From contig CM059433.1 of the NCBI GenBank assembly GCA_030390025.1, positions 23,126,001 to 23,190,000 of the forward strand: DNA of 64,000 bases, in the 5' to 3' direction. Positions 49,267 through 62,005 of this stretch are shown here, one piece after another. The position numbers were made by a program, and so were the translations under genes. The notes beneath the pieces are model-generated. The model saw only the letters and a program-made list of their open reading frames with translations, had not been told where the DNA came from and ran no database searches. The stretch comes from Squalus acanthias (taxonomy: Eukaryota). Positions within the stretch are counted from its first letter, which is position 1; each line of letters opens with the position of its first letter.

Positions 49267-49956
49267 GGGCTAGAAATTGGGTGCCTTTGCGCCTCCCCTT
49301 TGTGACCGGGCGCGGCGCTGACATCGACACCCACCATATTCGGCGGGAGTTTTGTGGCTGCGCTACGGTATTGCGCCCCGATCTCCTTCGCCCGGAGATC
49401 GTGATGTCATCGCCGTGCGCATCGCCCTGGACCCGAAATTGACTTCCGCTCCCTGTAACCTCGCCGGTCGAGAATACAGACAGCTGCAGGAGGCATGCAT
49501 CGGGCGGCCAGCCGCTTCGGGGGCGGTGATTAAAAGCGAGGTGGCCGAGGTAGGTAAAAAAAAACTTACCTTTCCTGGTGAAGTATTTTTCACGGGTTCC
49601 TGCCCGCGATCGATCAGCCCAGCACTCTGCTTGAGTGCAGGGCTGATCACGTGGGATCGCGGCTGCCTTGGTGGTCCAGGTAGGTACTTTTTAAATTGCA
49701 GAGCCTGCAGCGATGGCCCTTCCCTTTAAGAGAGGGAAGGAGCCTTTGAACGCGGCAGCGCTGCACGGCCCAGTGTGCAACGCTGTCGAAGTTTCCGCCC
49801 CGCCTGCTGCTGATTGCGCTCCAAGAAGGAAGTGAAGCTTGATTTAGCGCTCCACTTCCTTCCTGGAGCGCTACAACTCAATTTCATAGTCTGCGCTAAA
49901 GTTAGCGCCCAGGCGATGATAGCGCCCCAAAATGGTCGAAACCAAATTTTTCCCCC
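49267..49956. mobile_element. Harbinger-like MITE, CpG-rich
   Basis: GGGCTAGAAATTGGGT ... ACCAAATTTTTCCCCC; TAA on both sides. Confidence 0.75.
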
Positions 49957-51354
49957 TAAGTTTAGAAGATCATAAACTTTACAGAAGATGTGTGTTAAAT
50001 TTGATATAATTGTTGCTGAATTGAAAATTAAAGCTCATTAACAGCATAGTCATTTGGATCAACCTTATTAAAAATAAAATCAGAAATGAAGAAAAAATGC
50101 TGTGAATATTCGAGCAATCAATTTCTGTGCTTCGATAAATTAGTTGACGGTTTACAGAATTGAAAAGAAAGTGAAATTTAGACCATGCTCATTCAGTGTT
50201 AGTGCATCATTTTAGTGTTGTCACACAAAGTTATGTGACTTTGTTACCAATAGTCTAACCTGTTAGAATTTCAAATGGTTCATTTCATTCTGCACGGTGC
50301 CAAACATTGAAGGTAATAGGAAAGAACTGCTTCTCCAATTGCATTTGGCGCTTGTAATAGAAATGATCAGAAGTACTTTCTATTGATTATCTGTCAGGAC
50401 TGAGCCACAAAACTCAGCAAATCAGTTTCAATCCGGAGAGATATTGAAAACGTAATTAGCAGGAGAAAATGGCAATACCCGCTGTTGGTACTTCCAAATT
50501 AAATTCCTAATCCTCCAGTGCAAGACCTTTAAATGCTTATGTTTACCGGTTGTGGGGGTGGGGGGCGGTGGGGGGGGTGGGCGGGAGGGGGGGTGGCGGG
50601 GGGTTGGTGCGGGGGTATATTCTGATTAACTCATCGGGCGTACTTTTGACTTTGTGCGACAGTGTAAAGCGGGGGATAACAAGTTGACAGGTTGTCAATG
50701 GAAATAAAAATCGGGAGAGATGTAAAACGGGCTGCCGATTCCCTATCGCCTGCGCTGCACGATCGCACAAAGTCAAGTTCTACCCCCATACAGTATGAGA
50801 TGTTTTAAATACATGATGCACATGAAATAGATAACGAATGGCTCATTAAGAATGACCTTCAAATCAATTGGGACAATATTACCGAGATTGCAATTTATTT
50901 TCTGAACAGCAAATTTCATAAACTCTGAACTGATATCGAATGGTCAGAGAGAAACATTCTTTGTTGAACCTGGCTCTCATTTTGCTCCATATTTTCTCAG
51001 ACCTGTAGAAAATAAAATCCTGCAGGAAGTGCATCAGTTGGAATGAGGCAATCAGTTAGAAATCAATACCTGGCCGCAAATTCACTTAATACCTACAGTC
51101 ATTTCCCCCTAGAAAATGAGAAAGTGAATGGTGTCATTATTGGGATTGAAATGATAGAAATGAGGACAAATCATGTACCTTACAGGATCATCTCATTCAC
51201 GCTGAAGCACTGTTGTGACTAAGTAGAAAATGTAATTTATTTTGTTACATAATACTGCTGCTAGCAACAAACAGAAAATGAGGGAATATCTTAGCCAGCA
51301 TTTACCATAATTTTGTTTTCAACAGTTCTTACAATGGGCATAAGATCCACTTAG

Positions 51355-52140
51355 TAACCAAACTTATTTTGACAGCACCTACCAGCTCCACAACCTCTAC
51401 CAACAAAAACAGTGGGAATGCCATCACCTCCAAATCACACATCATTCTGACTCAGACATATATTCCTATTCCCTTATTGTCACTGGGCCAAAATCATGGA
51501 ATTAACATAGAAACATAGAAACATGGAGCAGGAGTAGGCTATTCGGCCCATCGAGCCTGCTCCACCATTCAATACGATCATGGCTGATCATCCAAATCCA
51601 GTACCCTGTCCCTGCTTTCTCACACAGAATCCCCACAGTACAGATAGAGGCCATCTCGGCCCATTGAGCCTACACCGACACATATCCCACCCTATCCCCG
51701 TAACCCCACGTATTTAATTCCCCCCTAACATATCCCATCCTATCCCCGTAACCCCACATATTTAATCCCCCCCTAACACTAAGGGTCAATTTATCATAGC
51801 CAAATCAACCTAACCCGCACATTTTTGGACTGTGGGAGGAAACCGGAGCACCCGGAGGAAACCCACGCAGACACGGGGAGAATGTGCAAACTCCACACAG
51901 ACAGTTATCCGAGGCCAGATTCGAACCCGGGTCCCTGGCACTGTGAGGCACCAGTGCTAACCACTATGCCACCGTGTTGCCCTTTTTCTTTAGCTCATTC
52001 CTTTTTAGGAGTGCCATCAATCACCACAAGCACTACAGTGGTTCAAGAAGATCCACCACCACCTTCTCGGGGCAACGAGGAATGGTCAGGTAATGCAGCC
52101 TTGCTAGTGTCGCCCCTATCCTGAAAACAAATTTAAAAAA
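51355..52140 (+). mobile_element. Old 3' end of the 2081-4652 LINE family, interrupted by a CR1 tail (about 51505-51620, minus) and an HE1 SINE
   Basis: CAACCTCTACC...CACCTCCAA...CATTCTGACT, resuming GGAGTGCCATCA...GTGGTTCAAGAAG...CACCACCTTCTC. Confidence 0.55.
51622..51982 (-). mobile_element. HE1-like V-SINE
   Basis: tRNA head GGCAACACGGTGGCATAGTGGTTAGC...GGTTCGAATC; V-domain GTGTGGAGTTTGCACATTCTCCCCGTGTCTGCGTGGGTTTCCTCCGGGTGCTCCGGTTTCCTCCCACA; CR1-like tail. Confidence 0.9.
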
Positions 52141-53240
52141 CTATGGGGCCTGATACATTCCAGAGGGCTAGCCTGCTGTGTGCCCTTCCTGAGTTGTATT
52201 GGGATATAGACTTTAGTGGACCTGTATTTCAAAGGAAGCTGGCACAACATCAGGACCCAATTGCGGAATCACTCGCTTCTTTGCATATTATATTGGAATA
52301 TGGTCTACATAGTCTATATGGTCTACATATGCACTCCTATTTTGCCATATGAGTAAAGTCAATATTTGTTTATACTGCAGTCTGTCATTGGGCACATGAC
52401 AACACCAATGACATCTGCAGTGGAGACCTCAGGATGTTGGCGATTAGCGGGTTTTCGATGAAGAGGGCTATTTGAACCCAGTTTTCCTCTGTCAACTCAT
52501 TAGCTAACTTCAGATGTAAGTTTGGAATAATCTAAAAAGCAGACTAGTGGTGGGAGAGGAAGACCATGTATGTCAAATTTAAAGGTGAGTGTCACAATAA
52601 GGAGACACAAAATTCAGGAAGCCTTTGGAGAACCTCAGAAGGCACCTCAACCCAGCCTGCGCCAAAGCTGAGGATGTAAGTGATTAAGAAGAGACAGGGA
52701 AAAGTGAAGGGAATAGCAACCGTTGGTGCGGTCATGGGTCCGTGGACAAGTGATGGAGCAGCGCAACATCTGAACCCCTATTTGATGGCTGCTGAAGTGG
52801 AGGTGGTGCTGCATCAGGGGCTATCCTCATCAATTGGCATTGCAGCTTGTCCACAAGGACGTACAGCTGACCTTTACTGTCACTGCTTGTACCAGTACTA
52901 TACTGCCGGGTAGCCCTAAGGGGTCTTGCAGCAGATGCTTACAACTCTGATGACCCAGACACTGAGGAGACAGATCCACATCGTTATTGGTTGGGGGCAT
53001 CTTGGCATATGATCCCAGGATTGCCTTCTTTCATGTTGTATTACTGATAGCATGGCATATTGTAATTGAGATTTTTCTGAAGATTAACATTACAGTTAGT
53101 CCAACATTCACATAGTTTAGAGGTGTTATGAGGGATCTGCTAACCCTCCACCAGCAAAACATCTTCCAAAGTCAGGTTGTTTCACCTTTTTCTGCAAACA
53201 TGGGTGTGAGGTTACTGATGGGTGGACACAGAGCATCTCC

Positions 53241-53560
53241 AAAGCAGCCTGACCTGCCTGACATCCATCTAGATATGTCCAGTGGGGGATTCTCATTGGT
53301 GCAAGTAATGGTGCTGGGGAAAAAATAATTGACATGATTTAGTAAAGAAACACGAGAACCTAAATACATTGGCTGGGGGGACAGTGTAGGGGGGAGCAGG
53401 AAAAAAATGAAAAATGGTTCAGAAATGCCAAAAATGCATTATATTATGTGTTTCTTTGCTAAATCATGTCAATTATTTTTGCTCCAGCACCATTACTTGC
53501 ACCAATGAGAATCCCCCACTGGACATATCTAGATGGATGTCAGGCAGGTCAGGCTGCTTT
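53241..53560. repeat. Long inverted repeat (113-bp arms, 94-bp spacer)
   Basis: 53241-53353 vs reverse complement of 53448-53560: 3 mismatches by manual comparison. Confidence 0.9.
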
Positions 53561-53801
53561 TACCGTCATCTGGTAACCTGACATTCTGCGCGCCAGAACA
53601 GCAGAACCTATTTGTGCAGGCCTGAGGTGCCAAAATTCATATTCAAATGAGGTGTCCGCCTGTTTGAGGTGGGCACTCCCATCTCACTGCTCGAGTAGTG
53701 AGCCTCATTACCGGCTGACTCTCTGTGTGCTTTCAAGAGGGAGCTGGACCCGTTTTTTGGCTGGGGCAGAGTTCGCATCATATAAAAGGTAAGTGGGTTA
53801 A

Positions 53802-54288
53802 CAGCTCCAACACCACTCAAGAAGCTCGACACCATCCAGGGGACAAAGCAGCCCACTTGTTGGCACCCCATCCACCACCTTAAACATTCATTCCCTCCAC
53901 CACCAGCGTACCGTGGCTGCAGTGTGTACCATTTACAAGATGCACTGCAGCAACTCGCCAAGGCTTCTTCGGCAGCACCTCCCAAACCCGTGACCTCTTC
54001 CACCTAGAAGGACAAGGGCAGCAGGCGCATGGGAACACCACCACCTCCAAGTTCCCCTCCAAGTCACACACCATCCTGACTTGGAAGTATATCGCCGTTC
54101 CTTCATCGTCGCTGGGTTAAAATCCTTGAACACCCTCCCTAACTGCACTATGGAAGTACCTTCACCACACGGACTGCAGTAGTTCAAGAAGGCGGCTCAC
54201 CACGACCTTCTCAAGGGCAATTAGAGATGGGCAATAAATGCTGGCCTTGCCAGTGATGCCCACTTCCCATGAACGAATAAAATAAAAA
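53802..54288 (+). mobile_element. 3' end of the 2081-4652 LINE family
   Basis: Reverse complement of 2081-2562; ends GAACGAATAAAATAAAAA. Confidence 0.9.
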
Positions 54289-54613
54289 CATTTAACGCAT
54301 GCATAGTCAATGTGATCTCCTGGATTGGTTTCAATCCCCTGAGGGGATCGGAGAGGAATTTTCCAATGTTTTTCCCCTATTTGACCCTTTTTTTCACACT
54401 TTTTTTGCCACTCCCAGGAGATTATATTGCTGCAGGGGGTGGGGTTGGAGGGGTGGGGGGGTAGGAAGTATCTAGTCATGATACTCCAGACATTATGCGT
54501 GTGGGGCATGGTTGATGGAGCAGCTGATGTTTTCTTGCCCATCATTTTCATACGTTTGTACATATCACTGCTGATAATCCCCAATGGGAAACACATCAGG
54601 TCACAGACTCAAT

Positions 54614-56381
54614 GGGGGGAATTTTTCGGGGCGTCAGCGGGCGCGTTCGGTGGCGAGTTGGGTGGGGGAAAAAAATTTGATAGTGGGTCAGGACCCCGCT
54701 ATCAACCCACTGCCACGTGCCTTTCCCAAATGTCGGGTCTGTCAGCGCTGAACAGACCCGACACACAGCGGCGGGGGAGCCAATTCAGGTCATTATAACC
54801 TTGTTACCAGCCCATTAAGAAGTATTTTGAGCTCACCTTTACATTTTATGAGCTCGCCCATGGGGTCCACGCTGCTCGGGGATCACGTCAGGTAAGGAGG
54901 TCAGGAATTGTATGACCATGGAATCATCTCATTACTTGACAGCTGCAAATGTGCTATAAAAGCTCCCATCTCTCAGCTGTTCACTTTCCAAGCTCAGAAG
55001 CTGTTGCTTACTGCATTTGGAAGACAGATTGAGCTTTATGCAGGTTGCAAGTGTTTGGAGTAAACGCTCTATCCAGTGTCACCTCATTGAAACAACCTCT
55101 CTCACCATTGACAGATCGCTTCGGTCATCTCAAGTTCACCTGCCATCTATGACATCAGCATCGGTGCCCTTGAAACTATCTCACCTTGGTCCTCAGAATC
55201 CCACCACAATCAGCCCCAACACCAGCAGCACCAACAATAACACCAACCTTCTCTGCAATCAACTGATGCTGTACAGGACACAGGGCATCAGCACCTGACC
55301 ACATTGCTGCCCGGGAGGCCAGGGATGGACATGCCATGGCCAGATTTGCTTCACTTGATGCTGTACACCCTGGCTGCCACATGATGCGCCAGGTTGGCAC
55401 CATCCCACAGCAACACCATAAAGCATCCCTACAATGCCCAAGCCATTCCTTTCACACTCATGACCATTGCAGGGAGTACCGTTATGTCTCACCATTCACT
55501 ACAACTCACTAAGCCACTTCCAAAGGTGCACACAAATCTGTCCAAGAACGCACAAAGTGTTGAAAATAAAGGTTTCAATGTTTGACACCACATTAACAGA
55601 AACTTTACATGAACATTGTCTAAAACACCCAAGTGCCTACCTTTGTGTGTTGTTAGTTGGTATGCTTGCACTAGAATGAGGGTGAGTGTGATGGGTGGCT
55701 AGTGAGATGGGGAAGTGATAATGTAGATAGAGAGGGATGGGTGGAGGTGCAAGGTAAGTTGGTGTGAGTAAGGATGTGCAGGGGTAGGGTAGGGAAGGCA
55801 GAGTGATGGAGATGTGATGAGTGGCACAGCAGGATGAGGTTGAGTGTGGCTTGGCAGTAACGTTTTGTGATCTACTGAGATCATTGAAAGGTTTGCGGCA
55901 CTACAGCCAGGTCCTCCTGACGACATCCCTGCTGGTGTCCTCCTGTGCAATGTGCAACCAGACTACGTTGATCTCCTGGGGAGGTCTCTTCCGCCCATTG
56001 GAAGGGAAGAGGACCTCCCTGCGTGCTGTGACTCCCTCCATAAGCATATGGAGGGAGTCATGAGAGAGCCTGGGTGCAGCCATGCACCTTTGTGCAGTGT
56101 TTGTCAGTGTTTGCAGCACCTCAATACTGCAGAACACTGACAGCAGAACTGTCAAAATCAATTTGCGCATGGTCCCTTTAAGGAAACCGGCTGATGACGC
56201 GTCATCAAATGACGTCATCAGACCCACTTCCTTCAATTGCCCGGCAAATGCGCTGGGCGGGCTTAACAAGCCCAATTAGGAGAAAATCATTCTACACAGC
56301 GGGCTGGAGCCAGCAGCGGGGTTGGGACCCACCACTGACGTCGCTCGCCCCGGACCCGCCAAGGTTGGGGAAATCGCGGCC
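54614..56381. mobile_element. Non-autonomous Harbinger element retaining the Myb/SANT ORF start
   Basis: G-rich/C-rich imperfect TIR ends with TSD AAT (54611-54613 / 56382-56384); homologous to 46066-47009. Confidence 0.75.
55872..56083 (-). pseudogene. Harbinger Myb/SANT-like DNA-binding protein N-terminus
   Basis: MAAPRLSHDSLHMLMEGVTARREVLF...WLHIAQE......RTWL*CRKPFNDL fits the Myb/SANT trihelix of the Harbinger second ORF. Confidence 0.75.
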
Positions 56382-58059
56382 AATGTATTCCAGCAAGGTG
56401 GAACTTTGTCCCTCACCACTCCTGTGCTGTCAGAAAACCAGTGAAAAGAACAGTGGGAAGTCCTGGCTCTGTGTATTTCCAGCATTTTCTGTTCTTATTT
56501 CTGCTACAGCAGTAATATGCTGCATCACCATCTTACAGTGACACCAGAAGCTCATTTCTGATGTTATTTTTCAGCAAGCCTAAGAACCTAATAAAGTTAA
56601 TAAAACACCAAAGAGTAAAAAATAATTGCTTCAAAATAAACTGGATAGTTACAGTCGTTTCCAGTTACAGTTTAGATTTAATGCAATAAGACAAAACTTA
56701 CAAGAAGATCATCAAAGGAAGGTATAGGCGAAATAGCTGATTAAAATTCAAACTATGCTTTCATCCTTTAAATGTTAAAGCATTTTGAAATTATACACTC
56801 TACTAACAAAGCACATTGTGAACCCACTTGGTAATTAATGTAAGATGCATAGCGTATTAAATTAACACCTGAAAACTGCTGACCAGTTAAATGTTAATAA
56901 ATAACATTGAGCCAGTCAATAGCAAGTGCAGTTCCAGTTAAACAGCATTGAGTACAGTAAACAAATCAGAAGAGATGACATTATTACAATACCAAGGCGA
57001 TGGAGCATTTTGTGCATTATGGATCACCATATAGGAAGAATATTGTTGCGGGTAAAATTCAACTTTGTCTGGGTGAAAAATGAGCAGTAGTGATTGGTCG
57101 ATCCGATCCAGTCAGTTTCCCGTTGGACAGGTTAGGAACAAACTGCTCCTTTATTGTCAGCATTGAGCATTCTCATTGGGCAAAGCTCAGCCAGATCCTT
57201 CTACTCTGTCCCAAAGACATGCCTCAGCCCCAACCTCAGAACATAACTACTGCACCGATATGACATTTTCTATTTTCTACACCAAATTAGGGCCAGTTTT
57301 GTGTTGAAGGCCAATTCCCACAATTAGTTTATGTAAATTATGGCCCAGATCAAAATGTTAAAAATTATTTTTCAAAATATTACATTTTTATTGTATATCC
57401 TTTATTGAAGGGACTTTTAATTAAATTTGAAAATGGGAACATTTATTTTTATTCCAGTTGTATAAATGATTTAATTATTTGGGGATTCCTCATACGCTTA
57501 TGGGGATTCCGTTCGTAAATGAAATCCCCAAAAGCATATTAGGAATCCTCCTTTCTCATTGGAGGACCTGGCCCACGTGATCCCAAAGAAAGAAAGACTT
57601 GCATTTATATAGCGTCTTTCACGACCACCGGACTCTGGTGATACACCTCCGACCGCAAATTCCGGGCCATTATCTTCCAAAACTGCATTTGACGAAGTCA
57701 AGATCTATCCAACCATTCAGGTTCGGATTGAAATTTGAGAGAGTGGGCCAGAGTTTCTTCTATTTAAAAAATAAGGTACTCGTTTTCTCTGAATAATTTA
57801 TCAAGCAACAAAAGACAAAAATCAAGTGAACATGTGACTTTGAAATATGCAACTCCTGAAAAGGTGTTTTTATTAATGGAAACAAAAAAGTGGCTGGCAA
57901 TCATGACACACCTGTGATAATAATCCTTTACTACTTCTCAGACAGCTGGCGAACCACTAATTAACAGGAATAAATGTCAGGAAGCTCATTAATCTGCTCG
58001 CTGAGTATGCAATGTTTGTGTAAAATGGGTCTATGCCAAATTCATGAAGTCCATTTTCC

Positions 58060-59180
58060 CGGCAAGACCCTGGATGTTATAGTAAACTTTATTTTGGAGA
58101 AATGTAGGCCAAGATTTGGTGGGGGCGAACAGCTCTAAAATAGGCAAAGGATGCAACTAGCAGCACAGTAGGGTTAGAGTTAGGTTCGGAGGTTTGGGCA
58201 GGAGGGTCATTGTCCCTTCTTGTTTTTATGCTCTCATCTAATTACTGGTTTTCTGTTGAATTTGGGCCTGCCATTTCTATTTGACGCACATTTTATTCCT
58301 TCCTGTCCAGCTTTTCTTGCCAATATCTAGTTGTTTTCCTCCCGGCTGGGGTTACGGTATGTGCGGTCAGTCTTGGTTCTCATAGGATTATCGGCCACCA
58401 AAGGGTTATTTGATTAATGACTGAGGCTTGTATAAATTTTGGGGGTTAGTCTAACCCCTATTTGGATTAAGTTTTAGCAATAGGGTTAGGGGAAGGGGAT
58501 ACAGTTAGTGATTTGTGTTTAGGGGTCGGGGTTCATTAGAGATTGAATGTGAGCGTATGTTGAGGACAAGAGATTTAGTCCAGTGGCTTTCTGGTTAGGG
58601 GTCTCTTTGTTTATCTAAACCTGGTTAGAACCATTTGGTGACAGAGTTTCTAGTTTTGTGATCCAGTACTTTTCTTTCTTTTTGTTTTGTAATTAATGTT
58701 GGTTTCAAGCCCCATCATTTCCAGAGACTCTATTATATGTTCCAGAAAGTCTCCAGTAATAGTTTTATCTTTTTTTTGTTCTTATGGCACTGAGGTGCCC
58801 TGTAGACCTAGTTCTTAGAGTGTTCCCCAGTTTCCCCTATATATATGTGACGACACTATTTGTATTGAATTGTGTAGATTACACTGCACTGTCCATATGC
58901 AATCTTTTTGAGTTGGGCTATTTTTCCTAGGGTCTATTTTGGACTGTTTTTTGGATTGTGAATTGTTTGCACATCCCATAGTTTTGTTTTTTTGGGTTGC
59001 CAATTTCCTCATTCTGCTAGTGACAATCAGGGCTTTGAGCTTTTTTTGCTCCTATTATGCACTGGTGTTATGTTATACTGGCTGAGTGTGTTCACATTTT
59101 CTTTTAGGTTTTCAAAATTGTTTTAATGTCTGTTTATTTGTTTGGCCCTTGTACTGTCCATTGATATTAGTGGTATCCGT
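58060..59180 (-). mobile_element. Decayed Penelope-like element, third family (PLE-C)
   Basis: Minus-strand remnants VIYTIQYK*CRHIYIGETG (58825-58882) and KEKYWITKLETLSPNG (58631-58678); downstream region has scattered TAACCC-like motifs. Confidence 0.65.
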
Positions 59181-60099
59181 GGGGCCTAAATTGGATCGCT
59201 GCTGACACACGAGTACCCCCGCGCCCTATCGATGCAATGCAGGCAGCACGGAATCTTCGTGTTGCCTGCTCATTATCATGATTTCTGCGTGCAGCCAGCA
59301 CTAACCGCTAGCTCAGAAAGCGGTCCTTGCCCTGCTCTGAGGTTGGAGCTGTGGCTGCAGCAGTTGGCAGATTTCAGTGGCGACCACATTAGTGAAGCGC
59401 AGATGCCGCAAACGTTGGCCGTCGCTGAGGTCCAGGTAAGAGAATTGCTCCCTAAACACCTTCTGTGGATATGGCCTCCTGTTGAGAGCCCTTCTCCCCC
59501 TCCTCCTCCTCCCTCTCCTAGCAGCTTGTCCTGCTTTGCTTGGCCTCTGCTTATTCTCCCAGCCACGCTCGATTCCAAGAGGAAGGCCTACTAGTGCACC
59601 CATGTCTGAGAGCAGCTGGTTTGTGCAGAAGCCTTGAAGTCAGCAGAAGGTACTTCAGCACCTGCCGCACCACTCGCTGGAGACTTTTGATACTTGAAAC
59701 AACTATGGAAAGCACCAAAAACCATGTAGAATTGTAGCAACGGCCAGAAGAAATAAACCAGCAACGAACCTGAAAGTAGTTGATGAGCCCTTTAAATAGT
59801 GCTGGTGGGGGTCCTTCATGCTGCTTAACGCGAGCTTAAGAGAGGGTGTTGCTGGAGCGTGGAGCTCCAAAATGGCAGCACTGGTGCCAAATCAGCGTTG
59901 CACGCTGATTGACATCATGATCTGCTTGCTCTGCATACTTCCGCCGGTTGTTAAATGTGCGCACTAATGCCTTTACCAAAATAGCATCTGCTGCGCTTTC
60001 CGTCAGAAGTGTGCGCGCAATGCTGCGGACGCCATTTTGGATCCCTAATGGCACTCGTCGCCCCAAACAACGGGCACTACCGAGCCCAATTTCTCAACC
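59181..60099 (-). mobile_element. Non-autonomous Harbinger derivative with transposase N-terminus
   Basis: RALNRRPYPQKVFREQFSYLDLSDGQRLRHLRFT...EICQLLQP (59313-59603, minus); GGGGCCTAAATTGG / CCAATTTCTCAACC ends. Confidence 0.75.
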
Positions 60100-60216
60100 G
60101 AAGTGTTTTGCTGTTTCGAGTCCTTGGGTTCACGAAATCTCTCAGGACGTTCTACTTGGCAGGCCGGTGAGGAAAATCAGTAATTCACTAGAAGTGTTTT
60201 ATTGAATATCACTAAT

Positions 60217-61090
60217 TCTTCAAGAGTTCATAGACAGGCTGGTGGAATGGTCGGACACATTGCAAATTAAATTCAATGCAGAAAAGTATGAGGTGATACA
60301 TTTTGGTAGGAAGAATGAGGAGAGACAATACAAGGTAAATGGTACAGTTTTAAAGGGGGTGCAAAAACAGAGAGACCTGGGGGAGCTTGTGCACAAATCT
60401 TTGAAGGTGGCAGGACAGGTGAACAAAGCCGTTAATAAAGCATATGGGATCCTGGGCTTTATAAATAGAGGCATAGAGTAGAAAATCCAGGAAGTTATGC
60501 CAAACCCATATAAAACACGAGTTCGGCCCCATCTGGAGTATTGTGTCCAATTCTGGGCACCACACTTTAGGAAGGACATGAAGGCTTTGGGGGAGGGTAC
60601 AGAAGAGATTTACTAGAATGGTTCCAGGGATGAAGGATTACAGTTACGTGGATAGACTGGAGAAGTTGGGGTTGTTCTCCTTAGAGCAGAGAAGGCCAAG
60701 AGGAGATTTGATAGAGGTGTTTAAAATCATGTAGGGTTTAGATAGAGTAAATAAAGAGAAACTGTTTCCAGTGGCTGAAGGATCGATAACCAGAGGGCAG
60801 AGATTTATGGTGGTTGGCAAAAGAACCAGAGGCGATATGAGGAAAAACTTTTTTGCACACCCAGTGGTTAGGGTTTGGAATACACTGCCTGATAGGGTGG
60901 TGGAAACAGATTCAATAGTAAACTTCAAAAGGGAATTGGATAAATATTTGAAGGAGAAAAAAATTGCAGGGATATGGGGAAAGAGCGGGGTGGGGGGGGG
61001 GACTAACTGGATTGCTCTTTGAAAGAGCCGGCACAGACTCGATGGGCTGAATAGATTCCTTCTGTGCTGTACTATTCTATGATTCTATAA
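60217..61090 (+). mobile_element. CR1 3' fragment
   Basis: [29 protein letters not shown]; (ATTCTATG)n tail. Confidence 0.9.
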
Positions 61091-61721
61091 TTATAAATTA
61101 CATAGCATTATTTTATTACAACTTTATTAAACAATGAGCATTTCACTGCTTGCTCCAAAGGTTTGTATGGATTTCATTATGAATTTATTATTTTGCCTAT
61201 TTTTAAACATTGAGGTTTATTTTCTTGGGGCTTCCGTCATTCCACTGCCGAAGGTTTGACAAATTTCCACAGATATCTGTGGAATAGCAGAAGCCCTGAG
61301 GAAATTCCAAGTGAATATGCATGGAATAAATTAACATCTTTTAATGGAAAATAAGGTTTGATAGATACCAAAGGCCAGCAACAGAATCCCATTTGTGTTA
61401 CTGTCCTTTTCGCACTTTTTAAAACTTATTTTCCTCCGGTAATAAGATATTGATTGTCGCTAGAGGAAAGAAATTTTTAATCATGTGCGCAGAAAGACTG
61501 ACAGCAAAGGCTGGGCCCAAACATTATGAAAGGTATGGGAAGGGAGAGAAGGAAAAACCCACGTTAACTTCCGGGGAATATGTCAGAATAGCCCGACACC
61601 AGGCTGGGACCCAGACACGCTTAGTCCCAACCCAACGGCAAACCTTCTGGGATGGTCTTCTGAGATAGTCTCTGCCTGTCCCTTACAAGACCACCAATGT
61701 AAGGGGGGGCGGAGTCTCCCT

Positions 61722-62005
61722 ACATAGGAACAGGAGTAGGCCATTCAGTTCCTCAAGCCTGTTCCGTCATTCAATTAGATCATTGCCGATCTGTACCTTC
61801 ATTCCATTTACCCAGCTTTGCTCCATATCTCTCGATACCCTTACCTAATAAAAATCTATTGATCTCAGTCTTGAAAGTTTCAATTGACTCAGCTTCCACA
61901 GTATTTTGAGGGAGCGAGTTCCAGATTTCTACTACCTTTTGTGTGTGAAAGTGCTTTGTGATTTCACTCTTGAATGACCTAGCTCTAATTTAAGATTGCG
62001 TTCCC
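61722..62005 (-). mobile_element. Old CR1 3' end
   Basis: ACATAGGAACAGGAGTAGGCCATTC...ATTAGATCAT, similar to 51505-51600. Confidence 0.65.

Noticed and set aside
58160-58605. Interstitial telomeric array
   Set aside because: Motifs are isolated and degenerate, not a tandem array; treated as part of PLE-C
60100-60180. Possible minus-strand hammerhead (CTGAGAGA...GAAAC)
   Set aside because: Core does not match CUGANGA and no convincing stems
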